Shown here piece after piece: positions 29,901 through 38,965 of a DNA stretch of 64,000 nt. Below the pieces are notes generated by a model. The model was not told the origin of the DNA. It ran no database searches and saw nothing but the letters and a program-made list of their open reading frames with translations. The stretch spans positions 320,001-384,000 of the forward strand of contig CAVSHF010000005.1 in the NCBI GenBank assembly GCA_963727805.1, in the 5' to 3' direction. The first letter of the stretch is position 1; every line of letters begins with the position of its first letter. This DNA comes from an uncultured Nitrospiraceae bacterium (lineage in GTDB: Bacteria > Nitrospirota > Thermodesulfovibrionia > Thermodesulfovibrionales > Dissulfurispiraceae). A program made the translations under genes and the position numbers.

Positions 29901-30902
29901 ATGAGTAAACAGGCAAGCAAAACGCTCATTGGCGCTTTTGTCCTGGGCGCTTTGGTTCTCATCGTTGCAGGTGTGGTCATCTTCGGTTCAGGCACGTTCT
30001 TCAAAAAGGTCAATAGGAACGTGATGTTCTTTGAGGGCTCGGTTAAAGGGCTCCAGATTGGGGCGCCGATCATGTTCCGAGGCGTCCAGATAGGGCACGT
30101 TACCGACATCGCCCTGGAGCTCAATGCAAAAGACCTCACCGCTTTCATCCCGGTTTATACAGAAATCTATCCTCAAAAAGTCATTCCAATCGCGGACAAG
30201 CCAAGCTATGACCAACTGTATCTTCAGGCATTGATAGAGAAAGGACTGAGAGCCCAGCTTCAGCTGCAGAGTTTCGTCACCGGCCAGCTTATGGTCAATC
30301 TCGATTTCTACCCAGATACTCCGATCAGGCTTGTAGGTCTCGAAAAGAAGTATCCTGAAATTCCGACAATTCCTTCGAGTCTGGCGAAACTGACAAAAAG
30401 CTTCGAGGAGTTGCCGCTCAAGGAGATCGCCGACAGATTAAACGAAACCCTTGCAGGAATAAACAGCCTTGTCAACTCCCGGGACCTGCAGACAAGCATC
30501 AGCTCACTGAATCAGTTGCTCAAAAATACTGATGCTCTGGTGAAAAATCTTGACACAAAGATCGGGCCTCTGGCTTCAGATATCAAGGGAACGACGGATG
30601 CTGCACGAGCAGCCTTTGTGCAGGCCGAAAAAACACTCAGGTTTGATGAAGGTGCATCTGGGCAGATCGCATTGAGCGTTAAAGAAACCCTATCAGCAGC
30701 CCAGGCCACTCTGAAAGAAACAAACAAAGCCGTCGAAAATATCAACGGGATCGCTGCGCAAAATGCAAATCTCGGTTATGAGATAGGCAGGACGCTTGAG
30801 CAGGTCGCTGAGCTTTCCCGTTCCATCCGTGTTCTGGCGGATTACCTTGAACGCCACCCTGAAGCCTTGCTTAGAGGGAAGAGCCCTGAGAAAGGAGAAT
30901 GA
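29901..30902 (+). CDS. MCE/MlaD (PqiB-like) protein
   Basis: N-terminal TM, SVKGLQIGAPIMFRGVQIG MCE motif, helical C-terminus ending HPEALLRGK. Confidence 0.9.
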   Translation: MSKQASKTLIGAFVLGALVLIVAGVVIFGSGTFFKKVNRNVMFFEGSVKGLQIGAPIMFRGVQIGHVTDIALELNAKDLTAFIPVYTEIYPQKVIPIADKPSYDQLYLQALIEKGLRAQLQLQSFVTGQLMVNLDFYPDTPIRLVGLEKKYPEIPTIPSSLAKLTKSFEELPLKEIADRLNETLAGINSLVNSRDLQTSISSLNQLLKNTDALVKNLDTKIGPLASDIKGTTDAARAAFVQAEKTLRFDEGASGQIALSVKETLSAAQATLKETNKAVENINGIAAQNANLGYEIGRTLEQVAELSRSIRVLADYLERHPEALLRGKSPEKGE

Positions 30903-31546
30903 AAATGAGAACTATTCGTTTGGATCAGTGTGCGCTCTTTACCTTCGCATTAGTCGTGATGATTCTGACCGGGTGCGCCAGTTCTCCGTCCTCGAAGTTC
31001 TATCAGCTAAACCCGGTGCAGAACAAGACTTCGGTCACAGGCGATGTTTCCTCCGATCAAAGCCAGGTTATTGCGATAGGTCCCGTTCGCATACCTGACT
31101 ATCTCGACCGGCCTCAGATAGTAACACGCTCCGGCAAGAATGAGCTCAAACTCTCGGAATTCGACCGGTGGGCCGGTTCTATTGAGAACGATGTCAACCG
31201 TGTCCTTGTAGAGGACATCTCCAGCCTGCTGCCCGCTGGTCGTTTTTCCGTCGTGCACTGGACCCCCTACTTAGGGAGTCAAGTTCCTGCTTCGTATAGA
31301 GTCGAAGTGATAGTGGACCGTTTTGAAGGAGCACTTGGTGATTCAGTGTTGCTGAAGGCGCAATGGAGAATATTCGCCAAGGACAGGAGTTTGATTCTGG
31401 AAAAGGGATCGCAGGTTAGAGAACAGGTGAACGGTAGCAGTTATGATGAGCTAGTTGCCGCGATGAGTAGTGCTCTTGAGCGACTGAGCCGCGATATCTA
31501 CGTAGGAATCATGTCTGTTATCCGGCAAGAGCAGACAAGAAAATAG
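30899..31546 (+). CDS. PqiC-family ABC auxiliary lipoprotein
   Basis: Lipobox LTGC, IGPV.IPDYLDRPQIV and RWA motifs. Confidence 0.88.
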   Translation: MKMRTIRLDQCALFTFALVVMILTGCASSPSSKFYQLNPVQNKTSVTGDVSSDQSQVIAIGPVRIPDYLDRPQIVTRSGKNELKLSEFDRWAGSIENDVNRVLVEDISSLLPAGRFSVVHWTPYLGSQVPASYRVEVIVDRFEGALGDSVLLKAQWRIFAKDRSLILEKGSQVREQVNGSSYDELVAAMSSALERLSRDIYVGIMSVIRQEQTRK

Positions 31547-31697
31547 TTGCCTTATTGTGCGGCTGGTTACTTTGCATGTGTTAACTCCCCAAGCCCGATT
31601 GCAGGCAAAACATAACAATGAATATAGCTGACTTCCTGTAAAAAACGAAATGTGATAAACTGCACGTGAGTTGAGCACCGTTGTAAAAGGAGAACAA

Positions 31698-32027
31698 ATG
31701 GAAAATCTGGAAGGACTTTGGACGATTTATTTTCGGTCAGGTTTTTTCGGCACTGGCGTGGCAGTTTTCAAAGATAGCCGACTATTGGGAGGTGATACAT
31801 ATTATTATTACGAAGGAAACTTCAGACTCCAGGATAACAGAGTCGATGCCACTATCATGGTCGTGAGGTTCAATCTAACAGGAGTGGGCGTTTTTGGCAA
31901 CCTGGACTCATTCAATCTGAACGTTTCTGGTGACATCACAGGTGATGAAATGCAACTGCAAGGGGAAATGTTGGAACAACCCGATAAGAAAATAAGTATC
32001 CACTGTAAAAAAATGACCAGTTTCTGA
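31698..32027 (+). CDS. Small beta-barrel protein, GrlR-like
   Basis: EGLW.I.F...G.GV.VF.D..LLGGD..YYY.G pattern resembles the GrlR family; AAAGGAG RBS. Confidence 0.65.
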   Translation: MENLEGLWTIYFRSGFFGTGVAVFKDSRLLGGDTYYYYEGNFRLQDNRVDATIMVVRFNLTGVGVFGNLDSFNLNVSGDITGDEMQLQGEMLEQPDKKISIHCKKMTSF

Positions 32028-32107
32028 ACCCAGGTTGCGATAGACCTAAGCTATAGCTTTCAGTCATTTGTGGCACACAATGTCCGTATACGGTAGGGAG
32101 CATAAAA

Positions 32108-33466
32108 ATGTCTGGTGAGAGATTCAAACAATCTTTTCTTCATGCGTATCCGCGGGAACTCGTGTCTTTTATCCTCGATCAATGGAAAGATCCATTGTTC
32201 ATAGAAAGACTCAGTGTAGCTGGGATCGATCCTTCAGTAGAACTTCCCGACCGTCCAGCGCTTGAGCACGTAATCTCAACATGCTACCAGGCAAGTCTGC
32301 TGAGGGAGGAAGAACGGATGGTCATGTTTCGACTCATCATCCGAAACCATCACCTCTTTTCTCATGATGATGGCCCTCCCACAGGACTGCACCAGCTACA
32401 ATTCGCCAAGATGCGCCCATTCAACGAATACGAACTGCGCCGTCTTGCTCCGGCAGCTGATTATTACAGGGCGCTGATCGGGATCGATCTTAGCCCTGAG
32501 AAGAGTGCGCAGATATGGGGGATGGTCTATTCCGGAACCCGATGGATGCAGCCTATAACCGGTGGTACTAAAACCGTTCCTCCGCTTCCTTCATCTCTTG
32601 TTGTTTACGTGAGAGGACCCGGCCGCATTGCCGTCAGCATTGGCTCGGAGATAATCGTCTCATTAAATGGTGGTCAAATCAGTTCGCAGTCTCTGGACAT
32701 TTTTTCGGCATCGTGGCTTGCGGAGAGTTTTGCCTCGGTACGCTCTGAGATTGAAAAGATGCATGAGACTGCTCGTATCCAATCAAAGAATCCCTGGGCA
32801 AAACTTGACCCACATTTCGGCGGAATCCTCGGCCCGCAGGTCACACGGCGCATAGTCAGCCTGATCCGCAATTCTCGCCACGGCGGTATGTTGATATTCA
32901 TTCCGACTGAGACGAGTCGAGACATCTCCGCCTTGAAGCGCCACATTTCCCTCAAGTATGAGTTCCGTGATGAAGAGCCGCGGCAGCGTTTTCGTACCCT
33001 CATGCTGAGGATTATGAACACTTTTGCAGAACTCCATGGAGAGTCGGGAAACTCCGATAAAGTGGTTGGTTGGCAGGAATACGTCAATAGTAAGAGCGAC
33101 GCGATCGAACTTCTCGATGAGGCTTTTTTCGATCTTGCCCATCTTATTGCCGCCCTTTCAGCGATCGATGGCGCCGTAATCATGAATAGGCGTCTGGAAA
33201 TCCTCGGCTTTGGAGGGGTGATTTCAGGGGACATCGATCAAGTGCAGACCATTGCACACGCTCTCGATATTGACGGGCTCCGCACACAGAAGGAACTCAT
33301 CGAAGAGGGTGGCACCCGACACCGTGCTGCCTATCGTCTCTGCCATGAAATACGCGATGCTTTTGCTATCGTTGTCTCTCAGGATGGAAACGCGCGGTTA
33401 GTCAAATGGCACAACGGTTCTGTTACCTACTGGGACTTAGCAGCGGCAGGTGTGTCCGGATTCTAA
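32108..33466 (+). CDS. Diadenylate-cyclase (DisA_N/DAC) domain protein with an N-terminal putative sensor domain
   Basis: HGGML, IDGAV, GFG, GTRHRAA and VSQDG motifs; both DAC catalytic motifs (DGA, RHR) are intact. Confidence 0.82.
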   Translation: MSGERFKQSFLHAYPRELVSFILDQWKDPLFIERLSVAGIDPSVELPDRPALEHVISTCYQASLLREEERMVMFRLIIRNHHLFSHDDGPPTGLHQLQFAKMRPFNEYELRRLAPAADYYRALIGIDLSPEKSAQIWGMVYSGTRWMQPITGGTKTVPPLPSSLVVYVRGPGRIAVSIGSEIIVSLNGGQISSQSLDIFSASWLAESFASVRSEIEKMHETARIQSKNPWAKLDPHFGGILGPQVTRRIVSLIRNSRHGGMLIFIPTETSRDISALKRHISLKYEFRDEEPRQRFRTLMLRIMNTFAELHGESGNSDKVVGWQEYVNSKSDAIELLDEAFFDLAHLIAALSAIDGAVIMNRRLEILGFGGVISGDIDQVQTIAHALDIDGLRTQKELIEEGGTRHRAAYRLCHEIRDAFAIVVSQDGNARLVKWHNGSVTYWDLAAAGVSGF

Positions 33467-33582
33467 GTTATTCTGTTTATCATCTGGCGGTGCTCACTTG
33501 CAGTAGCTACAAAGTGTGCTTGGTTTGTTAATGTGAAGTTTAGGATGAGCGGGCGCTGAGGGATCCTTTTTATAAAATTGTC

Positions 33583-33790
33583 AGATTATTGCGATAATCA
33601 TCATTCGTGTGTGCAGATAAGAATTATTGGTTTTCAGGTTATATCGAGTCAGCAGCCTCGATATGGTTGTCGCGATGATTACGACATGCTATCAAGGACG
33701 TCAAATTACTGGCAACTATAAAGTGTACTTCCGGTAATCACTAAATCCCGGGTACTACTAAAATAGATACTTATCGGTAGACATCAAGTA
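33583..33790 (-). repeat. Degenerate junction repeat, two tandem units
   Basis: Core GATATGGTTGTCGCGATGATTACGACATGCTA (33660-33691) is the near reverse complement of the cores at 40053, 43107 and 50043. Confidence 0.8.
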
Positions 33791-34045
33791 CCTATCCCTA
33801 CACCATCTGCTGTAAACATTCTTTTTTTCTCATATTTCTTGATTCTGTCCTTGCTTCCTGATAAATATTATATATAGACAGCATAGTGGTAACTTCCGCA
33901 GAAGCTAAGGAGTTGCTGGCAGCTTCAGAGCTTATCCGGCCAGCAAACATGGAGTTTTTGCCTCAATATCATCATCAGCACTAATATGGATGTCATCAGT
34001 AGAGCGGATATCTGATTTAAAACACTTCAATTCAAGGAGGATGCC

Positions 34046-34513
34046 ATGGGAGAAGTTGTTCATACTTCCCGTATAAAAATCGTCAGAGAAAATGGCCCGA
34101 CAAGACGGGCAATGATAGAGGGGTTTTCTGAACCTATTTATTATGGAGTCCACGGAGGGATAAAACGATTTTACAAGGTGGAGCCCGAAAAAGAACACGC
34201 TGCAACACTAGACCACATTGTTGCCGCCACTGCTGCATGAATGATGGGGACACTGGCCAAGGTCTTGGCTGACTACAAAATCCGCACTTCTGAAGAGTTT
34301 TTCTGGGCAGATGTAGAGGGAGATATAGAGAATGTTAAGGGTGTTCTCAAGATTACAGTAATTCGTACTATATTCCACCTGAAGGTATCAAAGGACAAAC
34401 ATGAAAACGTCAAGACTGCATTCAGTTCATATCTGGTCATGTGCCCGGCTGCGCAGAGTATCCTGCCTTGTATTCAGATAGCGGATGAGCTAGTGCTGGA
34501 GGAACTTGGTTGA
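34046..34513 (+). CDS. OsmC-like protein, probable selenoprotein (in-frame TGA at 34238-34240)
   Basis: Two abutting in-frame ORFs; TGA sits where the OsmC/Ohr catalytic Cys is expected (AATAA-U-MMGT); second Cys in MCPAAQS; hairpin 3' of the TGA; AAGGAGG RBS. Confidence 0.82.
34254..34271 (+). promoter_or_regulatory. Candidate bacterial SECIS hairpin
   Basis: TGGCCAA-GGTC-TTGGCTG; the G-led loop begins 21 nt after the TGA. Confidence 0.6.
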
Positions 34514-34740
34514 CTTATCTACTTTGGGCTTTTATTGCCTCTGAAAACTAAGGAGAGGGAGTACTTCGTCGCGCGTTCGAGATGCAAGACCTACTCTCAT
34601 GATGTGGCAATCAAGTGCGCCAATTGCTCGCACATTACATAAATAATGAAGGAACTTTATTTCGCTTTGTAGCCTGCGCTACAGAAAGTTCTTGCCGGAT
34701 TAGTTAAAGTGGATTAAAGGAATATTGCGGAGGTCTATTC

Positions 34741-35394
34741 ATGAAGGTGCTGGGCATTTCTGGCTCTCCCATCCCCAATAGTAATACTGATCGTGCAGTT
34801 AAGGCTGTGCTCGACGCTACAGGTCTTGAGACGGAATTTATCAAACTGATCGACTATACCATTGCCCCCTGTCAAGCCTGTCTCGGTTGTCTCGAGACAA
34901 ACCGCTGTGTCATTGAAGACGATGGTATCATTATGGCCGAAAAGGCTAAGGAGGCTGATGCGCTTGTTGTAGGCGGCTATACAAGCTATTCCAGTCTCGA
35001 TGCGCGCACCAAGGCATTCATTGAGCGGCTGTATCCGCTCCGCCATATCAATGGTTTTATGAGAGGCAAACCGGGAGGTGCTGTCATAACCTGTGCTGTC
35101 CCTGAAACAGCTAAGGAGTTGCCTCCCGCTTTCGATATGGGAAGCAACGCGATCATGTTCTACATGATGGAAGAGGGAATGATTTTTGAAGGCTCGGTAA
35201 GGGTTATGGGTAATCCCCCATGTATTAAATGCGGCCATGGCGATCTGTGCGATATGTCCGGTATAAAGATGCTCTTTGGACCCAACGCTACAATAGAAAG
35301 TGTCGGCGTCAATATTCTTGAAAGCCAGCAAAATGCTGTGACGGCAGCTATAGAGCTAGGAAAGAAAATAGCGCAGGCTCTTTCGGAGAAGTGA
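34741..35394 (+). CDS. Flavodoxin-like iron-sulfur flavoprotein (NADPH-dependent FMN reductase family)
   Basis: GISGSP..NSNT, CQACLGC.....C and FIERL motifs, plus an extra C-terminal CIKCGHGDLC. Confidence 0.88.
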   Translation: MKVLGISGSPIPNSNTDRAVKAVLDATGLETEFIKLIDYTIAPCQACLGCLETNRCVIEDDGIIMAEKAKEADALVVGGYTSYSSLDARTKAFIERLYPLRHINGFMRGKPGGAVITCAVPETAKELPPAFDMGSNAIMFYMMEEGMIFEGSVRVMGNPPCIKCGHGDLCDMSGIKMLFGPNATIESVGVNILESQQNAVTAAIELGKKIAQALSEK

Positions 35395-35449
35395 TTAGAA
35401 GCAATACGGCAATGCGCCTAAGTATGTATTCAAAAAGGAGGTGAAAGAT

Positions 35450-35566
35450 ATGCCAAAATGCGGGATATGTGGGGGAGAGGCTCCTAAGCAGCCTTGTATC
35501 ACGGAGGATGGCAAGTGCGACCTCTGTGGCAAAAAGGTCATCCTTGCAGAAGAAAAGAAAAAGTAA
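35450..35566 (+). CDS. 38-aa Cys-rich mini-protein (two CxxCG motifs), absent from the ORF track
   Basis: MPKCGICGGEAPKQPCITEDGKCDLCGKKVILAEEKKK; strong AAGGAGGTG RBS. Confidence 0.8.
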   Translation: MPKCGICGGEAPKQPCITEDGKCDLCGKKVILAEEKKK

Positions 35567-35621
35567 TACTGTAAACATAGAAATGAATACACTATAAGTC
35601 TAAGCCGCGGAAGTCTGAACG

Positions 35622-35671
35622 AAGCGGGGGTATGTGGATATTGGAATGCAAGCACTGCATATCCCCCGCTT
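35622..35671 (+). terminator. Long hairpin, probable terminator
   Basis: AAGCGGGGGTATGTGG...CTGCATATCCCCCGCTT followed by a T-rich tract. Confidence 0.5.
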
Positions 35672-35702
35672 TATTATTTAAGCAAGGAGGCAATACTAAC
35701 AC

Positions 35703-36395
35703 ATGGGATGTCTTTGCAATGATCTTGCTAGCAAGAATGCCTCACTTGCGTCCACCTGCATCGGCCATTTGTGGATGTTTGAGCACTTGCAGCCGTCCGA
35801 ACTGGAAGCTCTTGTTTCTGCTGCCGAGCGGAGGCAATTCAAGAAGGGACAGGCTGTTTTTATGCAAGGTAATCCCGGCACCGAGATGTTCCTGATAAAG
35901 GCTGGGCGGGTGAAGCTGAGCAAGCTCAATGAGGAGGGTAGCGAGCTTACTCTGGACATTCGCAAAGCTGGTGACTTTCTTGGCGAACAGATCCTTAACG
36001 AGGAGTTCGACTATCCCCTGACCGCAACCTGCCTCGAAGATTCTCTCGCCTGTGGTTTCTCTCGCCAGGGTTTTGAGAAGCTGATTCTCGACCACCCGAA
36101 CATCGGGCTTCAGGTGATCAAGAATCTGACCAGGCGTATCGAGTGGCTGACGAGCCGAGCCGAAACGATGACCACATCCAACCTTGAAGAGCGACTCTAC
36201 CGAGTGCTTACCACCGTAGCCGCCGAACACGGAGTAAAGAGTCTGAAGAAAACGACCATCCAGTTCCCTCTAACCCATGAAGAACTGAGCTTTCTAGTGG
36301 GTGCCCATCGGGTGAGCATCACCCGCGCCATGAAAAACTTGAGGGATTCAGGCAAGATCATTCAACAGGGCAAAACATTGATACTTGTGAACTGA
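35703..36395 (+). CDS. Crp/Fnr-family transcriptional regulator with a Cys-containing N-terminus
   Basis: cNMP-binding fold (GDFLGE), HTH LTHEELSFLVGAHRVSITR, N-terminal CLC...C; AAGGAGG RBS. Confidence 0.92.
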   Translation: MGCLCNDLASKNASLASTCIGHLWMFEHLQPSELEALVSAAERRQFKKGQAVFMQGNPGTEMFLIKAGRVKLSKLNEEGSELTLDIRKAGDFLGEQILNEEFDYPLTATCLEDSLACGFSRQGFEKLILDHPNIGLQVIKNLTRRIEWLTSRAETMTTSNLEERLYRVLTTVAAEHGVKSLKKTTIQFPLTHEELSFLVGAHRVSITRAMKNLRDSGKIIQQGKTLILVN

Positions 36396-36412
36396 CAATA
36401 GAGAAAGTATTA

Positions 36413-36535
36413 TCAACTATTAGCAACCATAGATTCCCCGTTCTGCAATTGCAACGTCGGGCTGCCTGTCATAATTACAGCTGCTGTGGTTGCCGACGTC
36501 TTCAAGAACTCCCTTCGACTCATCTCTGCTGCCAT
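36413..36535 (-). pseudogene. Truncated gene encoding little more than a Tat signal peptide
   Basis: AAGGAGG RBS, then MAAEMSRREFLKTSATTAAVIMTG..., stopping after 40 codons. Confidence 0.65.
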
Positions 36536-36623
36536 GAATTAACCTCCTTCAGAGCTCTTATGCGGTTCCAAAAGGAGCCGCGATGTTAGACGCATTGCCC
36601 ATAAAATAGTTTGTTATTAGGAA

Positions 36624-36869
36624 CTAAAGTGTGCCTCTGTTGTTCAGCACTTTTTCAATCTCTTCAATCCGTTTGTTATATATCCTGCACTCTTCCTCGA
36701 ATTCTGTCTGCATGTTCTGCGCCTTTTCAGCGCCAATATGAGCAGACGTTTTGTCGAAAAAATATAGATGCATATCCTCGCAATCGCAGAGACACTCTTT
36801 AAGCCTTTCAAGCTCGACTTTCAGTTCCTCGTCTGTCATTTCATCAGGTCTGATATCTGTTTCCATCAT
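36624..36869 (-). CDS. Small acidic coiled-coil hypothetical protein
   Basis: GGAG RBS, 81 aa, co-directional with the cupins. Confidence 0.65.
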   Translation of the reverse strand: MMETDIRPDEMTDEELKVELERLKECLCDCEDMHLYFFDKTSAHIGAEKAQNMQTEFEEECRIYNKRIEEIEKVLNNRGTL

Positions 36870-36893
36870 CTGCTCCGTATGTTGACGTGATAA

Positions 36894-37286
36894 TTAGCAT
36901 GAACACTCGCCGTAAGATTCCTTTGTGCTTTTTCCGTCACCTCCAGGGAGTATTGGAATAGTACAGACGACTGACATCATGGTTTTTCCCAGATTCTTGA
37001 TCTGATGCGGCTCGTTCGACGGTACATATATCATGTCACCGGCCTTTAATGGCCTTTCGTTTCCCTGGCAGTCCACATAGGCAGGTTCACCATCAAGGAA
37101 ATAAAATTCGTGCTCTTCCTCATGAGCGTGGAGAGAGGTGTGTCCGCCTGGTTCAAATTCCATTATCCGCATTGCATAATGAGGGCAGCCGTCTTCCTTA
37201 ATCAACGCAAAACGTGCATACATACCTGCGAAGCCCTCTCTGGCAATTAGAGTCCTCGGCACTTCTGTGAAATGCTTCTCGATCAT
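36894..37286 (-). CDS. Cupin domain protein
   Basis: PGGHTSLHAHEEEHE and GD.IYVP.NEPHQ motifs. Confidence 0.9.
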   Translation of the reverse strand: MIEKHFTEVPRTLIAREGFAGMYARFALIKEDGCPHYAMRIMEFEPGGHTSLHAHEEEHEFYFLDGEPAYVDCQGNERPLKAGDMIYVPSNEPHQIKNLGKTMMSVVCTIPILPGGDGKSTKESYGECSC

Positions 37287-37335
37287 TTGTAGCCTCCATC
37301 TTAATTGAGTTGATTGAAGTCATGGGTTTGTAAAA

Positions 37336-37686
37336 TCATATGATGCATGGATACCAAACATCATACGCAATAATGTCCTCCTCGATGTCGTGTGGCTGGT
37401 GCAGTGTTCCTTTGGGGATTCTTAAAAAAATCCCTTCGTGCAGTGGAACATCACCAAATCCCTCGACCCACATTTTTGCTTTTCCTCTCAGTACATAGAG
37501 AATGTCGTCGGAGTGTTCGTGAGAGTGCTTATCCGGTGCTGCTCCTGCCTGCAGATTAACCAAAGCGCAGGTGATACCGACAGCGTCAGTGTGATGTGAA
37601 ACAAGATAAGCAACTTCAACGCCGGAGAATTGGGGGTGAGGTTCCCATCTTACTTCAGAAGAATGAATCACTTTCAGACCTTTCAT
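37336..37686 (-). CDS. Cupin domain protein
   Basis: HSHEHSDDI.Y...G and IPKGTLHQP motifs. Confidence 0.88.
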   Translation of the reverse strand: MKGLKVIHSSEVRWEPHPQFSGVEVAYLVSHHTDAVGITCALVNLQAGAAPDKHSHEHSDDILYVLRGKAKMWVEGFGDVPLHEGIFLRIPKGTLHQPHDIEEDIIAYDVWYPCII

Positions 37687-37821
37687 CGCATTGTCCTCAA
37701 TCACAGCAAACATTAACATACTTGACATAGCTACATGTTTAATACACTGACAAGTCCAAAAAAAATATAACCGCTAGCCCGTCATATTCCCTCCTTTCCC
37801 GAAATACAGTATTCCATCAAA

Positions 37822-38184
37822 TTAGACGTGCAGATTTTTTTTAATCTGATCGTATTTCGTCACAAAATAGTTCAAAATGGATATCCTCATCTCAATATCT
37901 TCCTTCCAGTATTCCAGCCTGTCAATCCCGGCAGATGTCAGCTGGTAGATCTTCTTTGCCGGTCCAGGATTTGAAGTATCCCAAGCAAATGTCACTTCAC
38001 CTTCCTGTTCCAATTTCTGAAGAGATCGATACACTGCGCCTGCATCCGCATTTTTGATGGGCATCTGTTTTGTCAAAATGGAAAATATCTCACCTCCATG
38101 GTTCGGCTTCTCAGCCAGTGCCAACAAGATAAAGGCAGGCAAGTGGCGATATTGTTTTTTCTTTTTCTTAGCGGCAATACTCAC
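37822..38184 (-). CDS. PadR-family transcriptional regulator
   Basis: ILLAL...P.HG, GAVYRSL..LE..G, GPAKKIY.LT..G motifs; GTG 38184 preferred as start. Confidence 0.9.
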   Translation of the reverse strand: MSIAAKKKKKQYRHLPAFILLALAEKPNHGGEIFSILTKQMPIKNADAGAVYRSLQKLEQEGEVTFAWDTSNPGPAKKIYQLTSAGIDRLEYWKEDIEMRISILNYFVTKYDQIKKNLHV

Positions 38185-38191
38185 TGAAGAT

Positions 38192-38220
38192 AGTATAGTG
38201 CACAATACATTTAAATGCAA
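38192..38220 (-). promoter_or_regulatory. Sigma70 promoter of padR, probably giving a leaderless transcript
   Basis: TTGCAT-N17-TATACT, 7 nt before the GTG; no SD sequence. Confidence 0.6.
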
Positions 38221-38363
38221 GTATAATATTTTTCATGCTTACATTATCTTTTTCCCTTTGAATAAGTGTTACTCGACTGCGAACTTGCACACAGAGTTCT
38301 ACCGCACAGCATGACAACAGCACCGTAGCGGGTCAAAAAAACAAGGCCGATTTTCCCGTGGTC

Positions 38364-38577
38364 GGTAATGACTTTTTTTGGCAATCACCAAATTCATGCT
38401 ACGGCTAACCTCGATGATTTTTAGCAACCAAGTCAGTTGCCTCGATATTGCTGCCGCGATGACTTCGACATGAAAGCGATAGAACTAGCAGGGTGAATTC
38501 TTGAAACGACTAGCGATGATTTCCGTTTCTACCCACCAGTGTTTTCAGGATACGCTCGTCCGATAGTTACTCTGTAG
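38364..38577. repeat. Degenerate junction repeat, two segments
   Basis: 38444-38472 resembles 33660-33688; 38501-38577 resembles 14215-14290. Confidence 0.78.
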
Positions 38578-38659
38578 ATCGGAGTATAATATCAGACAAG
38601 CTGGGAGAAGGCACTCCATAGGCCTTGATAAAATCCTTGAACACAAAAAGGAGAATGCA

Positions 38660-38965
38660 ATGATTAATGTAATTGCATCAATTCGCGTAGAGACAGGAAG
38701 TCTTTCAAGTTTTCTCGAAATCTTTAGAGCCAACATGCCAAAGGTCAAAGAGGAAAAAGGATGTATCGAATATTTTCCGTTAGTCGATATCGACGCCAAA
38801 CTAGCATCACAAATATTGGATCAAAATGTTGTGACTATTATAGAAAAGTGGGAAAGCCTTGAAGCCCTCCGTGATCATCTTGAGGCGCCCCATATGCTTG
38901 CATACAGAGAAAAGGTGAAGAACATGGTAACAGGGCTATCTCTCAAAGTGTTGCGGGAAGCATGA
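38660..38965 (+). CDS. Antibiotic biosynthesis monooxygenase (ABM/YgiN-like)
   Basis: E.GCIEY and EKWESLEAL..HL.APHM motifs; AAGGAG RBS. Confidence 0.9.
   Translation: MINVIASIRVETGSLSSFLEIFRANMPKVKEEKGCIEYFPLVDIDAKLASQILDQNVVTIIEKWESLEALRDHLEAPHMLAYREKVKNMVTGLSLKVLREA

Noticed and set aside
34553..34598. GGGAGTA...GCAAGACC hairpin resembling the ends of a yybP-ykoY Mn riboswitch
   Set aside because: Too short; it lacks the second arm of the four-way junction, and the downstream gene is not a typical target.
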